Shown here one piece after another: positions 30,452 through 40,733 of a DNA stretch of 64,000 bases; the first letter of the stretch is position 1, and every line of letters begins with the position of its first letter. A program made the translations under genes and the position numbers. Origin of the DNA: Candidatus Roizmanbacteria bacterium (GTDB lineage: Bacteria > Patescibacteriota > Microgenomatia > UBA1406). The DNA is taken from NCBI GenBank assembly GCA_024654535.1, contig JANLHL010000038.1, positions 315,824-379,823 on the forward strand. The letters are read 5' to 3'. Below the pieces are notes generated by a model. It did no database searches. It had not been told where the DNA came from and saw nothing but the letters and a program-made list of their open reading frames with translations.

Positions 30452-31768
30452 TCAATACAGTAACAGTATCATCCCCAGCAAACTAAACGTCGATGCAAGA
30501 ACGATGAGGAAATTATTTGAAAATCCTGTTGTTGGAATACTATTTTTCGCAATTATTGAGGTCGGCTGAAGGGTTGGTGAAACGGTCATTATATCAGTTG
30601 GCGTTGTAGGTGACGTTGGGCTACTTGACGGTATAGGTGTTGGCGTTGGATCTATGGATGATTCGGTTGGTATTGGCGTTATTGTCAATGTAGCAGAGGC
30701 AGTTGCGTCTCCTAGAACGCTTTCTCCATTTTTGCCGACATTAAATAACACACTCGTGCTTGCCTTTTCAATTTCGCTACTTACATTTAAGGTGTATGTC
30801 CCTGCAGTGAGGGCTGTTGTATTTTGGAACTCCCAGACACCATCTACGTTTGTCTTCACTGAGGTTTGGAGATGTATTGGTTCGATAGTTAACTGCAGAG
30901 TCGAAGATGCTTGTGCTATTCCTCTAAATCGTACAAATCGGGAAGGTATTACTGCTCCGTCTTGTGGGAAGGCTATCTGTAAATTTTTTAATGTAATTTT
31001 TTGAGTTTCACTACCGAGCACGTTCGGACTTGTTTTATCTTTCCCAAGGACTACCGATTGTAGCGGTGAAGTTTGGAGAAGTGTCGTTACTATATGTGAG
31101 GTGGTAACACCATCGGTGAAATCGATATAGACTGTCGTTGAATCATCAAGTGTTAACGAATTGCCATCCTTATCTTGTACCAAAGGGATGGCAATCATCC
31201 ATGAGCCGTCAGAACCTGAAACAGTAGTAAATACCTGCGATGTTGCTATGTGGGGTAATGTTAATGTTGCGAGTACACCCTGAGCGGGCTTTAGATTTTT
31301 TCCGACAACTTTACCGAATAGAGGAGAGTGGCCGGGAGATTTCTGTATTGATCCATAAGTCTGAAATAAGTACTTGGTACTTGTATACGTTTTTCCATTT
31401 ATTTGAATTGTAAAACTGTAACTAGTGTTAGTATCGAGGTTTGTGAGTGTTATATAGTGAGCTGTTCGTTTTGTTGGCTTTTGTGTATCTCGCGCATCAA
31501 ATGCAATCGATGATGGTTCAACCCCTTTTTTCCCGTACTGTACAAATGAACTTGCAGCTTGTATTGTTGTGAAACTGATGGTGGCCGATGCGTTCGTAGT
31601 ATTACTTACCGTAACATTTTCAGGAGGTGTAGATTGTGCTGCCTTCGAGTTTGTATTAAGACGTATGTTTCTCATGAAGAAAGACATACCAATAGTGAGA
31701 ACTATAAGAAAACTGTAAACGACGAGTGAGGGTAATCTTTTTTCTTGATGGAGAAAATAATAACTCAT
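30452..31768 (-). CDS. FN3/Ig-domain surface protein with IPTTG plus C-terminal TM
   Basis: N-terminal TM, VTVSNTT..ATISF..H.ITLTNL..NTSYSF (FN3-like), Ig-like domain, PT-rich linker. Confidence 0.8.
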   Translation of the reverse strand: MSYYFLHQEKRLPSLVVYSFLIVLTIGMSFFMRNIRLNTNSKAAQSTPPENVTVSNTTNASATISFTTIQAASSFVQYGKKGVEPSSIAFDARDTQKPTKRTAHYITLTNLDTNTSYSFTIQINGKTYTSTKYLFQTYGSIQKSPGHSPLFGKVVGKNLKPAQGVLATLTLPHIATSQVFTTVSGSDGSWMIAIPLVQDKDGNSLTLDDSTTVYIDFTDGVTTSHIVTTLLQTSPLQSVVLGKDKTSPNVLGSETQKITLKNLQIAFPQDGAVIPSRFVRFRGIAQASSTLQLTIEPIHLQTSVKTNVDGVWEFQNTTALTAGTYTLNVSSEIEKASTSVLFNVGKNGESVLGDATASATLTITPIPTESSIDPTPTPIPSSSPTSPTTPTDIMTVSPTLQPTSIIAKNSIPTTGFSNNFLIVLASTFSLLGMILLLY

Positions 31769-31959
31769 TGTCTCTCCATTAACGTATTTAATACTGTCTT
31801 CCCTTTAATCTCACGAATTTCCATTTTCATACTACTGGAGTAATCTACTGTATATTTTTCATTTTTGTTTATGTGGTACACATCAACAAAAATCCATATA
31901 AGTATTGTAATAAAAATAGTGAGAGATATGATGAATAATTCTTTAGATGATAATTTCAT
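31765..31959 (-). CDS. Small single-TM protein in the pil operon
   Basis: ATGA overlaps with both neighbours; one hydrophobic helix. Confidence 0.7.
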   Translation of the reverse strand: MKLSSKELFIISLTIFITILIWIFVDVYHINKNEKYTVDYSSSMKMEIREIKGKTVLNTLMERQ

Positions 31960-32498
31960 TTTGGAGCGTAGAAATATGAACTAATAAGCATGGGGGTTTT
32001 CAGCTGTGCAGATTCTGTTCCTTCCGCTTTGCCAAGTTGAATTTGCTCAACCGTAAAAATACGGGGACGTTGAAAAAGAAATCCAACAAATTTTTTAATT
32101 TGAGTATATTCTCCCTGTGTTGAAATAGAGATGGCTATAGGTGTAAGCGCATCAGCAGAGGAAGGTATTATTTGTTGTTGTTCAATAGAGAGCGAGTTGA
32201 TAGTGGCACTTGAACTTGCGAGAAGTTGTTTGATATCCGTTATGCGCATTTTTTGTGGGAGAGCCTTGTCAAGGACGTCTATGTTTTCTGCAAGAGTCAT
32301 ATAGGTATTTTGTGCTTTAATTATATTTTGAATTTTAATTTCTAGTGTTTTATCTATGTTTGTTAATTCTTCTTGTTCGTGAAATAAAGAGACTATGAGT
32401 TCTACGGAAGGTTTAATAGCAAATATAAGAAAAAATGACGTAAATAGCAGGAGAAGTGAAGCTGTTGAATAATTTTTGATTCGCTGTTTTAAATTCAT
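31956..32498 (-). CDS. pilO: Type IV pilus PilO-like protein
   Basis: TM, coiled coil, ALP, GEYTQIKKFV...PRIFTV. Confidence 0.75.
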   Translation of the reverse strand: MNLKQRIKNYSTASLLLLFTSFFLIFAIKPSVELIVSLFHEQEELTNIDKTLEIKIQNIIKAQNTYMTLAENIDVLDKALPQKMRITDIKQLLASSSATINSLSIEQQQIIPSSADALTPIAISISTQGEYTQIKKFVGFLFQRPRIFTVEQIQLGKAEGTESAQLKTPMLISSYFYAPK

Positions 32499-33016
32499 GT
32501 TTGTATTTTCACATTGAATGTATATTTTCCTTCATCGATAGTAATGAGCTTAATGGCAACACTATTTTCTCCGAGTATTTTTTTAAGTCTTTTTTCATAT
32601 TTTTTAATATCTATTGCATTGTACGTAGTCCCTGATACTTCTACGGTATTATCTTTCAGCGAAAAGCTACTTAAGAGAACGGATGAGGGTACGTTGTCCA
32701 GTACTGTTGTGAAGAGTGTATACGTTGACTTTTGCGCAAGTAACAATGTGTCTATTTCTGTTATCTTTTTTGCCATTTTATTATTATTTTGTATAAGTGG
32801 CAAAGCGGCAATTATTATTTGGTTCTTTTGATCTATTCCTTCCTTCAAATCGACTATCCGTTGATCTAAAAGAATTTTTACAAAAAAAACTCCCAGAACA
32901 ACAAGCTCCGTTATAATAAGGATATAGCGAATGTATTGGTTAAGAAAATCCACAGCAACAGTGACAAATGCAGATTTTTTTCTTTCCAATAAATTAAATT
33001 TATAGGCTGTAGCCAT
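32495..33016 (-). CDS. pilN: Type IV pilus PilN-like protein
   Basis: FNLL motif, TM, coiled coil, VPSSVLLSSF..VEVSG. Confidence 0.75.
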   Translation of the reverse strand: MATAYKFNLLERKKSAFVTVAVDFLNQYIRYILIITELVVLGVFFVKILLDQRIVDLKEGIDQKNQIIIAALPLIQNNNKMAKKITEIDTLLLAQKSTYTLFTTVLDNVPSSVLLSSFSLKDNTVEVSGTTYNAIDIKKYEKRLKKILGENSVAIKLITIDEGKYTFNVKIQT

Positions 33017-33067
33017 GCTATTATGGTAACCTTTTTTCAAGATCTAGTCTAGTGATTTATTGGAGAT

Positions 33068-33304
33068 TTATTTTTTGAGGAGCTTTGAGATGCGTGATTT
33101 GAGGCGATTCGCTTTATTCTTATGAATAATATTATTTTTAGAGGCTTTATCTATGTACGATATTGCTTTTTGTAAAGCTTCTTTTGTTTTTTTCTTCAAA
33201 AAAGACTGCATGCTATCACGCATTTTTTTCTGTCGCGTTTTATTCATTGCGAGCCTTTTTTTATCTTGACGTTGTTTCTTCTTTGCAGATGCTATGTTTG
33301 GCAT
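33068..33304 (-). CDS. rpsT: 30S ribosomal protein S20
   Basis: MPNIASAKK, IDKA..IIHKNKANRLKSR. Confidence 0.97.
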   Translation of the reverse strand: MPNIASAKKKQRQDKKRLAMNKTRQKKMRDSMQSFLKKKTKEALQKAISYIDKASKNNIIHKNKANRLKSRISKLLKK

Positions 33305-33346
33305 AATGTATATACTTTCTTAAAACTTATGTCATAATTATACACG

Positions 33347-35023
33347 ATGTTTCGGCAAAGTCTACTACTAATGCGCAAGCTCTACGGGTTTTCCCAAAAG
33401 ACCTTATATGCTTCTACTGTAGTAATTATTGTAACAATGATAACAGCACGTTTGCTGGGGATTGTGAAATTGCGGATTTTGACGAGCTTCTATAGTAGTA
33501 GTGAGTTAGATTTGTACTTAGCTGCCTTTCGTGTTCCAGACTTCATTTTTGATGTGCTTGTAGCAGGTTCAATCAGCGCTTGTTTCATTCCTATCATCAT
33601 GGAAATGGAAGAGGATAAACAGCACGATAGGGTGTTTCCCTTTACAATTACACTTATTTCTATCTTTCTTCTTGTTTGGTTAGCGGTGCTTTTTTTGATA
33701 ATTCCGATTCGGTACGAATTATTTTCATTCTTATTGCGTGGTTATAGCATAGAAAAAGTACGTGTTGTGACTGATATATCTATGGTACTTTTAGTTGGTC
33801 AAATTCCATTTATGCTTCTCGGAAACGTATTCGGAGCTTTGATGCAGTCTCGAAAACAGTTTTTAGTCCCTGGATTGGCTCCTATTTTTTATAATCTAGG
33901 GATAATTCTTGGGATACTTATATTTTCACCAAAAATAGGTCTATGGGCGGCTGTGTATGGTGTTTTAATCGGCGCGTTCTTGTATATGCTGGTTGTTTTG
34001 CCGAGTATAGCTTTTTCGCACATACAATTTCCTGTGCACATCGTTTTTGATCGATATCTTCGTTCATTTTTTCGCTCATTTTTACCGAGAGCCTTTAGTG
34101 TCATCGCTACACAAATAGATGCTTCTGTTGACTTGTTATTAGCAACATTAAGAGGTCCTGGGGCATACTCTGCTTTTTATCTTGCGCAGACTTTGCAGAT
34201 AATTCCGGTGAGTTTTATGGGTACTGCAATGGCTCAAACTATTTTGCCTTTTTTTACTGATCTCCATGTAAAAAAGAACCATGCACGAATTATGGAGCAA
34301 CTGACACGTATTACACTCCTTATTTTTTTTGTATTGATACCAGTGGTTGCAGTTTTTACTGTGCTTCGAACGCCAATAATCCGACTTGTATATGGTAGTC
34401 ATAAATTTGATTGGGAAGCGACAGTTACGACGGCAACAGTTTTTTCTGTCTTTGCACTTTCAATACCGTTCCATACGCTTTACTATATCGTGACCCGCGT
34501 TTACTTTGCGCTTCACGATACTAAAACTCCGTTTGTTGTTGGAGTTATATCGACGGTAATGAATTCTCTATTGAGTTATGTATTTGTTGCAGTCCTTCAT
34601 TATCCCATCTGGTATCTGGCTCTTTCTTTTTCTGTATCTATTACCATAAATACGATTGTACTTTACTATTTACTCGTTCGGAGACTTGACCATATACAAT
34701 TTAGAACTATTGCCATAAGACTTTGTGGCATTATAACGATAGGTATAGTGATGGGGCTTGTCATGCTGGCATTTCGCAAATTACTCGATGGTTTAGTCTT
34801 TGATACAACGAGAACTTTACATGTATTTTGGCTCACATCAATTTGTGGGCTGATTGGAGCGGCTGTGTATGGGTATCTTGCATGGATTTTTATTCCTAGG
34901 GAATTTTCAGACTTATGGAACCTAATTCAACGTTTCTCTTTTTTGAAAAAAGCAATGAACGTATATATGAGATTATTTTTTAGTTATCCAGTGAAATCAC
35001 CACATGAAGAAAAATACGATTGA
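33347..35023 (+). CDS. murJ: Lipid II flippase MurJ
   Basis: RLLGIVK, AFRVPD, G.ISACFIP, FALHDTKTP. Confidence 0.92.
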   Translation: MFRQSLLLMRKLYGFSQKTLYASTVVIIVTMITARLLGIVKLRILTSFYSSSELDLYLAAFRVPDFIFDVLVAGSISACFIPIIMEMEEDKQHDRVFPFTITLISIFLLVWLAVLFLIIPIRYELFSFLLRGYSIEKVRVVTDISMVLLVGQIPFMLLGNVFGALMQSRKQFLVPGLAPIFYNLGIILGILIFSPKIGLWAAVYGVLIGAFLYMLVVLPSIAFSHIQFPVHIVFDRYLRSFFRSFLPRAFSVIATQIDASVDLLLATLRGPGAYSAFYLAQTLQIIPVSFMGTAMAQTILPFFTDLHVKKNHARIMEQLTRITLLIFFVLIPVVAVFTVLRTPIIRLVYGSHKFDWEATVTTATVFSVFALSIPFHTLYYIVTRVYFALHDTKTPFVVGVISTVMNSLLSYVFVAVLHYPIWYLALSFSVSITINTIVLYYLLVRRLDHIQFRTIAIRLCGIITIGIVMGLVMLAFRKLLDGLVFDTTRTLHVFWLTSICGLIGAAVYGYLAWIFIPREFSDLWNLIQRFSFLKKAMNVYMRLFFSYPVKSPHEEKYD

Positions 35024-36266
35024 TATAAAAAAGCAAGCTATTGAGGCAATACGCGAAAAGTTAATTGGTAGACAAATTACATATGATCAGGCGTACGCTA
35101 TTATGTATTCATTCTCGAATAACCTACTTGGAGAGATATTTGTCGCATATTTTGCAGCAGCTTCATTTAAGGGTGGTTTTAATGATGACGAGTTGTATTT
35201 TTTAACGAAAGCCATGGTTGAAACAGGAAATAAGCTTTCGCTGAAGGGAGTTGTTGCAGATAAGCATTCAATTGGGGGCATGCCGGGTACACGTACTACG
35301 CTTGTTATAGTACCAATCATTGCTGCTGCAGGCTATCTTATACCAAAGACTTCGTCACGCGCCATAACGACTCCTGCCGGGACTGCAGACTGTATGGAAG
35401 TACTAGCTCCTGTTGAATTTGAGGTTGCACAAGTCGAGCGTATAGTGCATAAAACAGGAGGTTGTATTATTTGGAATGGCATGCTTGGTTTAGCTCCAGC
35501 TGACGACATTATCATTCGTGTAGAAAAACCACTTGCATTTGAATCTTTCGATAAAGTAATAATATCTATTCTTGCCAAAAAGATAGCAGCATCTTCACAA
35601 TTTATGGTTTTGGATATTCCTGTAGGACCAACAATGAAAATTCGACATGCAACTGATGCTATAGCGTTTAAAGATAAATTTACTCGAATAGCTTCTCGTT
35701 TCGGACTGCAAGTAGAAGCCGATATTAATTATCAGCGAGAACCTGCAGGTTTTGGCATAGGTCCAGTATACGAAGTTCGTGATGCCTTGGCGGTATTAGA
35801 ACAAAATAAAACAAGATCACATGATCTAGAGTACAAGTCAGTGAAATTAGCTACAAAATTGCTCGAAATGTGTTTTAAGGCAGATAAACGAACACAAGAC
35901 GCAGGGAGTTTAGTCCGTACTATTCTTAGCTCAGGTAAAGCGCTGGAAAAGCTGCGCGAAATTTCACAAGCACAGGGCGGTCGGGGTGATTTTTCAAGTA
36001 ACTCATTGCCTAAGTCACGCTATAGTTTTGAGGTCAAAGCTCCGCGAAGCGGTACAATTTCGGGAGTAAATAATTATTATATAACTGCAATTGCAAAAGT
36101 CTTAGGCGCACCTCATGAGAAAGTTGCAGGCATGATTCTTGTTAAGAGGTTTGCAGAAAAAGTTGCTAAAAACGAGACGTTGTATATAATGCATACAAAT
36201 AAACAAGTTGCCCTGAAAGAGGCAATAGAAACAGCGCGCTATATGCCAATTTATACTATAGAATAA
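35004..36266 (+). CDS. AMP phosphorylase / thymidine phosphorylase family (archaeal-type AMP phosphorylase-like)
   Basis: DKHSIGGMPG, PKTSSRAITTPAGTAD, APADD.IIRVE.PL, SILAKK, GIGP..E. Confidence 0.88.
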   Translation: MKKNTIDIKKQAIEAIREKLIGRQITYDQAYAIMYSFSNNLLGEIFVAYFAAASFKGGFNDDELYFLTKAMVETGNKLSLKGVVADKHSIGGMPGTRTTLVIVPIIAAAGYLIPKTSSRAITTPAGTADCMEVLAPVEFEVAQVERIVHKTGGCIIWNGMLGLAPADDIIIRVEKPLAFESFDKVIISILAKKIAASSQFMVLDIPVGPTMKIRHATDAIAFKDKFTRIASRFGLQVEADINYQREPAGFGIGPVYEVRDALAVLEQNKTRSHDLEYKSVKLATKLLEMCFKADKRTQDAGSLVRTILSSGKALEKLREISQAQGGRGDFSSNSLPKSRYSFEVKAPRSGTISGVNNYYITAIAKVLGAPHEKVAGMILVKRFAEKVAKNETLYIMHTNKQVALKEAIETARYMPIYTIE

Positions 36267-36267
36267 A

Positions 36268-36483
36268 ATGCTATTTAAAACATTAATTGCACCACTTCAA
36301 CAATGGCTTATGTCGCAAGGTAAATGTGTAGGCTGTGGTAGAGAGCTGAGTGCAGCGGAACATAAAAAACATGGGAAAAATGAGGAATTAGTTTACTGCC
36401 AGTGTAAACGTATATATATGTTTTCTAAAAGTAATAAAGCGTATCGGCGTGCTCTCATTGAGGAACTTCCGAAAAATGCATGA
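36268..36483 (+). CDS. Small putative zinc-ribbon protein
   Basis: CVGC...CQC; ATGA overlap with mltG. Confidence 0.7.
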   Translation: MLFKTLIAPLQQWLMSQGKCVGCGRELSAAEHKKHGKNEELVYCQCKRIYMFSKSNKAYRRALIEELPKNA

Positions 36484-37445
36484 AAAAATTTCGTACATCT
36501 ATTTTTTTTTCAATACCCTTCTTATTTATAGTTTTTTCTTTGTTGTGGTATCGTGAAGGAACTCTTCCTGTAAATACGGTAAAGAAGGAGAATATGGTTT
36601 TTGTTGTGCGTCAAGGAGAGACCGTAGCCCAAATTGCTCGAAATTTAGAAAACGCTAACTTTATTCGTAATAGGATTGTTTTTTATCTTACGGTTAAGCG
36701 ATTAGGTATAGAAAAATCTATTCAGGCTGGTACTTTTCGTCTTTCACCAAGCATGAATGCGAAGGAGGTTGCAACAGAACTTACTCACGGAACGGAAGAT
36801 ACCTGGGTTACTATCATTGAAGGTTTACGAAAAGAAGAGGTGGCTGCTATTGTAGTCGATAAAATTGGGATTTCTGCTCCTGTCTTTGTGAGCGAAGCAC
36901 CCGAAGGGTACCTATTCCCAGATACGTATCTTATGCCGAAAGATGCAACAGCGAAACAGATTATAGAAATAATGAAAAAAACGTTCGACACTAAAGTGAC
37001 TGATGATATACGCAAAGCCGCTAGTCAGCGTGGTTTGACGCTTGACGAACTTGTGACTTTTGCATCGCTATTAGAGAGGGAAGCACGTTCGTATGAGGAA
37101 AAACGTATGATTGCAGGAATTTTATTCAATAGATTAAATGAAGGCAAGCCCCTTCAAGTCGATGCTACTGTACAATATGCGCTTGGATACGATGATAAAA
37201 GCAAAACATGGTGGAAGAGGAATTTATCTTATGATGATTTGAAAATTGATTCACCGTACAATACGTACGTCAATGTTGGATTGCCACCAAGTCCAATAGC
37301 AAACCCTGGTGTAGATTCTCTGCTCGCTGTTGCATATCCAAAGGAATCTAATTATCAATTTTATATAACCGGTGATGATGGAGTTATGCGTTACTCAACT
37401 ACTTACGAAGAACATTTGGATAAAGTCGATAAGCATATTCAATAA
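36480..37445 (+). CDS. mltG: Endolytic transglycosylase MltG
   Basis: TIIEG, EGYLFPDTY, ASLLERE, LQVDAT, SPYNTY..GLPPSPIANPG. Confidence 0.95.
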   Translation: MKKFRTSIFFSIPFLFIVFSLLWYREGTLPVNTVKKENMVFVVRQGETVAQIARNLENANFIRNRIVFYLTVKRLGIEKSIQAGTFRLSPSMNAKEVATELTHGTEDTWVTIIEGLRKEEVAAIVVDKIGISAPVFVSEAPEGYLFPDTYLMPKDATAKQIIEIMKKTFDTKVTDDIRKAASQRGLTLDELVTFASLLEREARSYEEKRMIAGILFNRLNEGKPLQVDATVQYALGYDDKSKTWWKRNLSYDDLKIDSPYNTYVNVGLPPSPIANPGVDSLLAVAYPKESNYQFYITGDDGVMRYSTTYEEHLDKVDKHIQ

Positions 37446-37462
37446 TATAGAAACTTCAATAT

Positions 37463-38320
37463 CTACTTTCTAGTTCGTATTTCTTCAAGGAGCTGCTTTT
37501 CTTTTCCTGAAACATGAGTAGGTATTGTTATACGCACGACAATATAAAAATCACCTTTTTGATTTGCCCTTGGGTAGGGGAGACCGAACCCACGTAAACG
37601 TATTACAGTGTTTGGTTGTGTTCCTGGTTTAATTCTCGTTTTTACTTTCTTTTCAAGCGTAGGAATCTCAACCGTTGTCCCAAGTATTGCGTCGGCATAG
37701 TCTATATGCAGCTCATAGTAGAGATCTTGACCTTCGCGTTGATATAATTTACTATCTTCAATTTCAACGAGAATATCAAACTCGCTGAAACGTATACGAG
37801 TACCGCTGCTGACACCGGCTGGAATCTTTACTCGTTTCGTCTCATTGTTTATTTTAACTGTTTTTTCTATCCCTCGCGCCGCTTCTATAAAAGTGAGCTC
37901 CATACGGTAAATAGTTTTTTGTTGTCGCGGAGGAGTACGTGAACCAAAAAAACTTTCGAAAATATCAAACGGATTGTTAAAGTCGCCGCCAGAGTAACCG
38001 CCTTGTGAAAAATCCTTAAAAAAATCTCCGACGTCTCCGTAGTTATATGAGTATTGAAATGGGCCTTGCTGACCACCCGCTGGTCCAGCTTGGCTACCTA
38101 CACCTGCATGGCCGAGTCGATCATACTGTGCCTTTTTATTTGCATCAGACAGAACTGAGTATGCCTCATTGATCTCTTTAAATTTTTCTGTTGCGTGGGC
38201 AGCTTTGTTTCTGTCAGGATGCCACTGTAACGCAAGTTTACGATATGCTCGTTTTATTTCATCATTGTTGGCACTTTTTGCCACACCAAGAACTTCGTAA
38301 TAATCTCGCTTCGTAGCCAT
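37463..38320 (-). CDS. dnaJ: DnaJ-family co-chaperone without zinc finger
   Basis: J domain with HPD, G/F region, C-terminal domain; no CxxCxGxG repeats. Confidence 0.9.
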   Translation of the reverse strand: MATKRDYYEVLGVAKSANNDEIKRAYRKLALQWHPDRNKAAHATEKFKEINEAYSVLSDANKKAQYDRLGHAGVGSQAGPAGGQQGPFQYSYNYGDVGDFFKDFSQGGYSGGDFNNPFDIFESFFGSRTPPRQQKTIYRMELTFIEAARGIEKTVKINNETKRVKIPAGVSSGTRIRFSEFDILVEIEDSKLYQREGQDLYYELHIDYADAILGTTVEIPTLEKKVKTRIKPGTQPNTVIRLRGFGLPYPRANQKGDFYIVVRITIPTHVSGKEKQLLEEIRTRK

Positions 38321-38323
38321 GTG

Positions 38324-40225
38324 TTAGTTAACGACTTCTCCTTCTTCTGGTTCTTGATCCTTCACATCTTTCTTTGCATCGGTTCCTGTTTTTTCTTTAT
38401 CATCTGTTTCGTCTTTCTTCTCTTGTTCTTCATTTTTTGAATACATTTCCTGTCCGATTTTTTGCAGTGCCTCACTGAGAGCAGTCGTAGCTGTTGTAAT
38501 AGCCTCTTTGTCGTCTTTATCTTTGACAGTCTTCAGCTCATCGATCTTCTTTTGAATATCTTCTTGTAGCTCTTTTGGTGCCTTTTCCTTAACATCTTTT
38601 AATGTTTTTTCAGCAGTGTACGCGAGTGCCTCTGCTTGGTTGCGTGCATCGATAAGCTCTTTTGCTTGTTTGTCTTCAGCTTCATGTTCTTCAGCTTGTT
38701 TTTTCATTTTTTCTATCTCTTCATCAGATAGTCCTGTTGAACCGGTTATTTTTATACTTTGTTCTTTGCCCGTTGCCTTATCGTGTGCAGTGACAGTGAG
38801 AATACCATTTGCATCAATATCAAACTTCACCTCAACTTGTGGAACCCCTCGTGGAGCTGGAGGTATTCCTTCCAAGATGAATCTTCCCAGTGACTTATTA
38901 TCTTTTGCTAATGGTCTTTCACCTTGTAGAATGTGTATTTCCACAGATGTCTGATTATCTGCTGCTGTACTAAACACTTCCGATTTAGAACTTGGTATCG
39001 TCGTGTTGCGTTGAATAAGTGGCGTTGTGACACCTCCTAATGTTTCCACTCCTAACGTTAGTGGTGTAACATCGAGAAGTACGACGTCTGAAACTTCACC
39101 GCCAATAACACCTCCTTGTATTGCTGCACCAACTGCCACGACTTCGTCTGGATTTACTCCTCTATGTGGTTCTTTGCCAAAATACTTTTCAACTTCTGCT
39201 ATGATCTTTGGCATACGTGTCATACCTCCAACAAGAACAACTTCGTGAATTTCTTTTGTGGAAACTCCAGCGTCTTTCATACAGGCCTTTACCGGTGCGA
39301 AGGTTTTTTGCACTAAGTCATCAACGAGTGACTCAAATTGAGCACGGGTCATTTTGGTCACAAAATGAATAGGTTGATTATCTTTAACAGTGATAAAAGG
39401 TAAGTTTATCTCGGTTTCGGTTGTGGACGATAGCTCTATTTTTGCTTTTTCCGCAGCATCTCGTAAACGTTGTAACGCTTGAGGATCTTTTCTCAGGTCT
39501 ATTCCATTTTCATCCTGAAATTTTTTCGCAAGATGGTCGATCACTACCTGGTCAAAATCATCACCGCCTAAGTGCGTATCGCCATTTGTTGCCTTAACTT
39601 GGAAGACGCCCTCACCGAGTTCGAGTACCGTTATATCAAATGTACCACCACCAAGATCATAGACGACTATATGGTGACTATTTTTTTTGTCTAACCCATA
39701 CGCGAGCGATGCTGCCGTTGGTTCATTAATGATACGTTCAACCTTAAGACCTGCTATTTCACCAGCTTGTTTTGTTGCTTGTCTTTGTGCGTCGTCAAAA
39801 TAGGCAGGTACGGTAATTACCGCTTTGTCCACCGTGTCACCAAGATAAGCTTCTGCATCTTTTTTGAGTTTTTGTAAAACCATTGCAGAAACTTCTTGTG
39901 GAGTGAATGTTTTTCCATCTATTTCGATTACAGCCATACCGTCTCGGCCCTCTTTGATTGTATAAGGAAGCCATTTCATATCGCGCTGTACCGATTCATC
40001 TTTAAACCTTTTTCCCATAAGTCTTTTTACTGAGAAGATGACTTTTTGAGGATTCATTACGAGCTGGCGTTTTGCTACATCACCGACAGTTCTTTTTGTT
40101 GGATCTACTACAGATGGTGTTGTATTTTTACCTTCCGCATTCGGAATAACTTTTGGTTTTCCGCCTTCCATAACTGCCATACACGAGTTTGTTGTTCCGA
40201 GATCTATACCTATTATTTTTGACAT
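38324..40225 (-). CDS. dnaK: Chaperone DnaK
   Basis: [30 protein letters not shown]. Confidence 0.98.
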   Translation of the reverse strand: MSKIIGIDLGTTNSCMAVMEGGKPKVIPNAEGKNTTPSVVDPTKRTVGDVAKRQLVMNPQKVIFSVKRLMGKRFKDESVQRDMKWLPYTIKEGRDGMAVIEIDGKTFTPQEVSAMVLQKLKKDAEAYLGDTVDKAVITVPAYFDDAQRQATKQAGEIAGLKVERIINEPTAASLAYGLDKKNSHHIVVYDLGGGTFDITVLELGEGVFQVKATNGDTHLGGDDFDQVVIDHLAKKFQDENGIDLRKDPQALQRLRDAAEKAKIELSSTTETEINLPFITVKDNQPIHFVTKMTRAQFESLVDDLVQKTFAPVKACMKDAGVSTKEIHEVVLVGGMTRMPKIIAEVEKYFGKEPHRGVNPDEVVAVGAAIQGGVIGGEVSDVVLLDVTPLTLGVETLGGVTTPLIQRNTTIPSSKSEVFSTAADNQTSVEIHILQGERPLAKDNKSLGRFILEGIPPAPRGVPQVEVKFDIDANGILTVTAHDKATGKEQSIKITGSTGLSDEEIEKMKKQAEEHEAEDKQAKELIDARNQAEALAYTAEKTLKDVKEKAPKELQEDIQKKIDELKTVKDKDDKEAITTATTALSEALQKIGQEMYSKNEEQEKKDETDDKEKTGTDAKKDVKDQEPEEGEVVN

Positions 40226-40241
40226 AGTATTAAATTAATTG

Positions 40242-40733
40242 TTAATTAGTAATATTTTCTGCTTTAGTAGTAACGCTAACTGTCACTTTTGCTACCCGAA
40301 GAAGTTCACCGTTGAGTAAATACCCTTGTTCATGCACTTGAAGTACAATATTATCTTTTTCTCCTGGTTTGGTTTGTATGCATTCCATTGTATCAGCAGA
40401 AAATTCTTTACCTTCTATTTCCATTTTTTCAACACCAAAGGTACGTAAAATATCTTCGAACTTTTTCTTTACTAGTTTTAGACCCTCATTTTCTTCAAAT
40501 AAAGAGGCGTTATCTATATCGTCCTTAAGGCTTAAAAACGTTGTTATTGTCCTTTTTTGAATATCGAATAGTGCACGCATTTTCTCTTGAGTAAGTCGGT
40601 TTTCAAGATTTCTATAATCTGCAAGTGCACGTAGATATTTGGCATTGCACATTTCTAAATCTGTTTGCAATTTTTGTATCTGTTCTTGAGCTTTATCGTT
40701 TTTTATCGGTGTTGTTTTTTTATTCTGTTGCAT
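40242..40733 (-). CDS. grpE: Nucleotide exchange factor GrpE
   Basis: YLRALADYRN, GYLLNGELLRVAKV. Confidence 0.93.
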   Translation of the reverse strand: MQQNKKTTPIKNDKAQEQIQKLQTDLEMCNAKYLRALADYRNLENRLTQEKMRALFDIQKRTITTFLSLKDDIDNASLFEENEGLKLVKKKFEDILRTFGVEKMEIEGKEFSADTMECIQTKPGEKDNIVLQVHEQGYLLNGELLRVAKVTVSVTTKAENITN

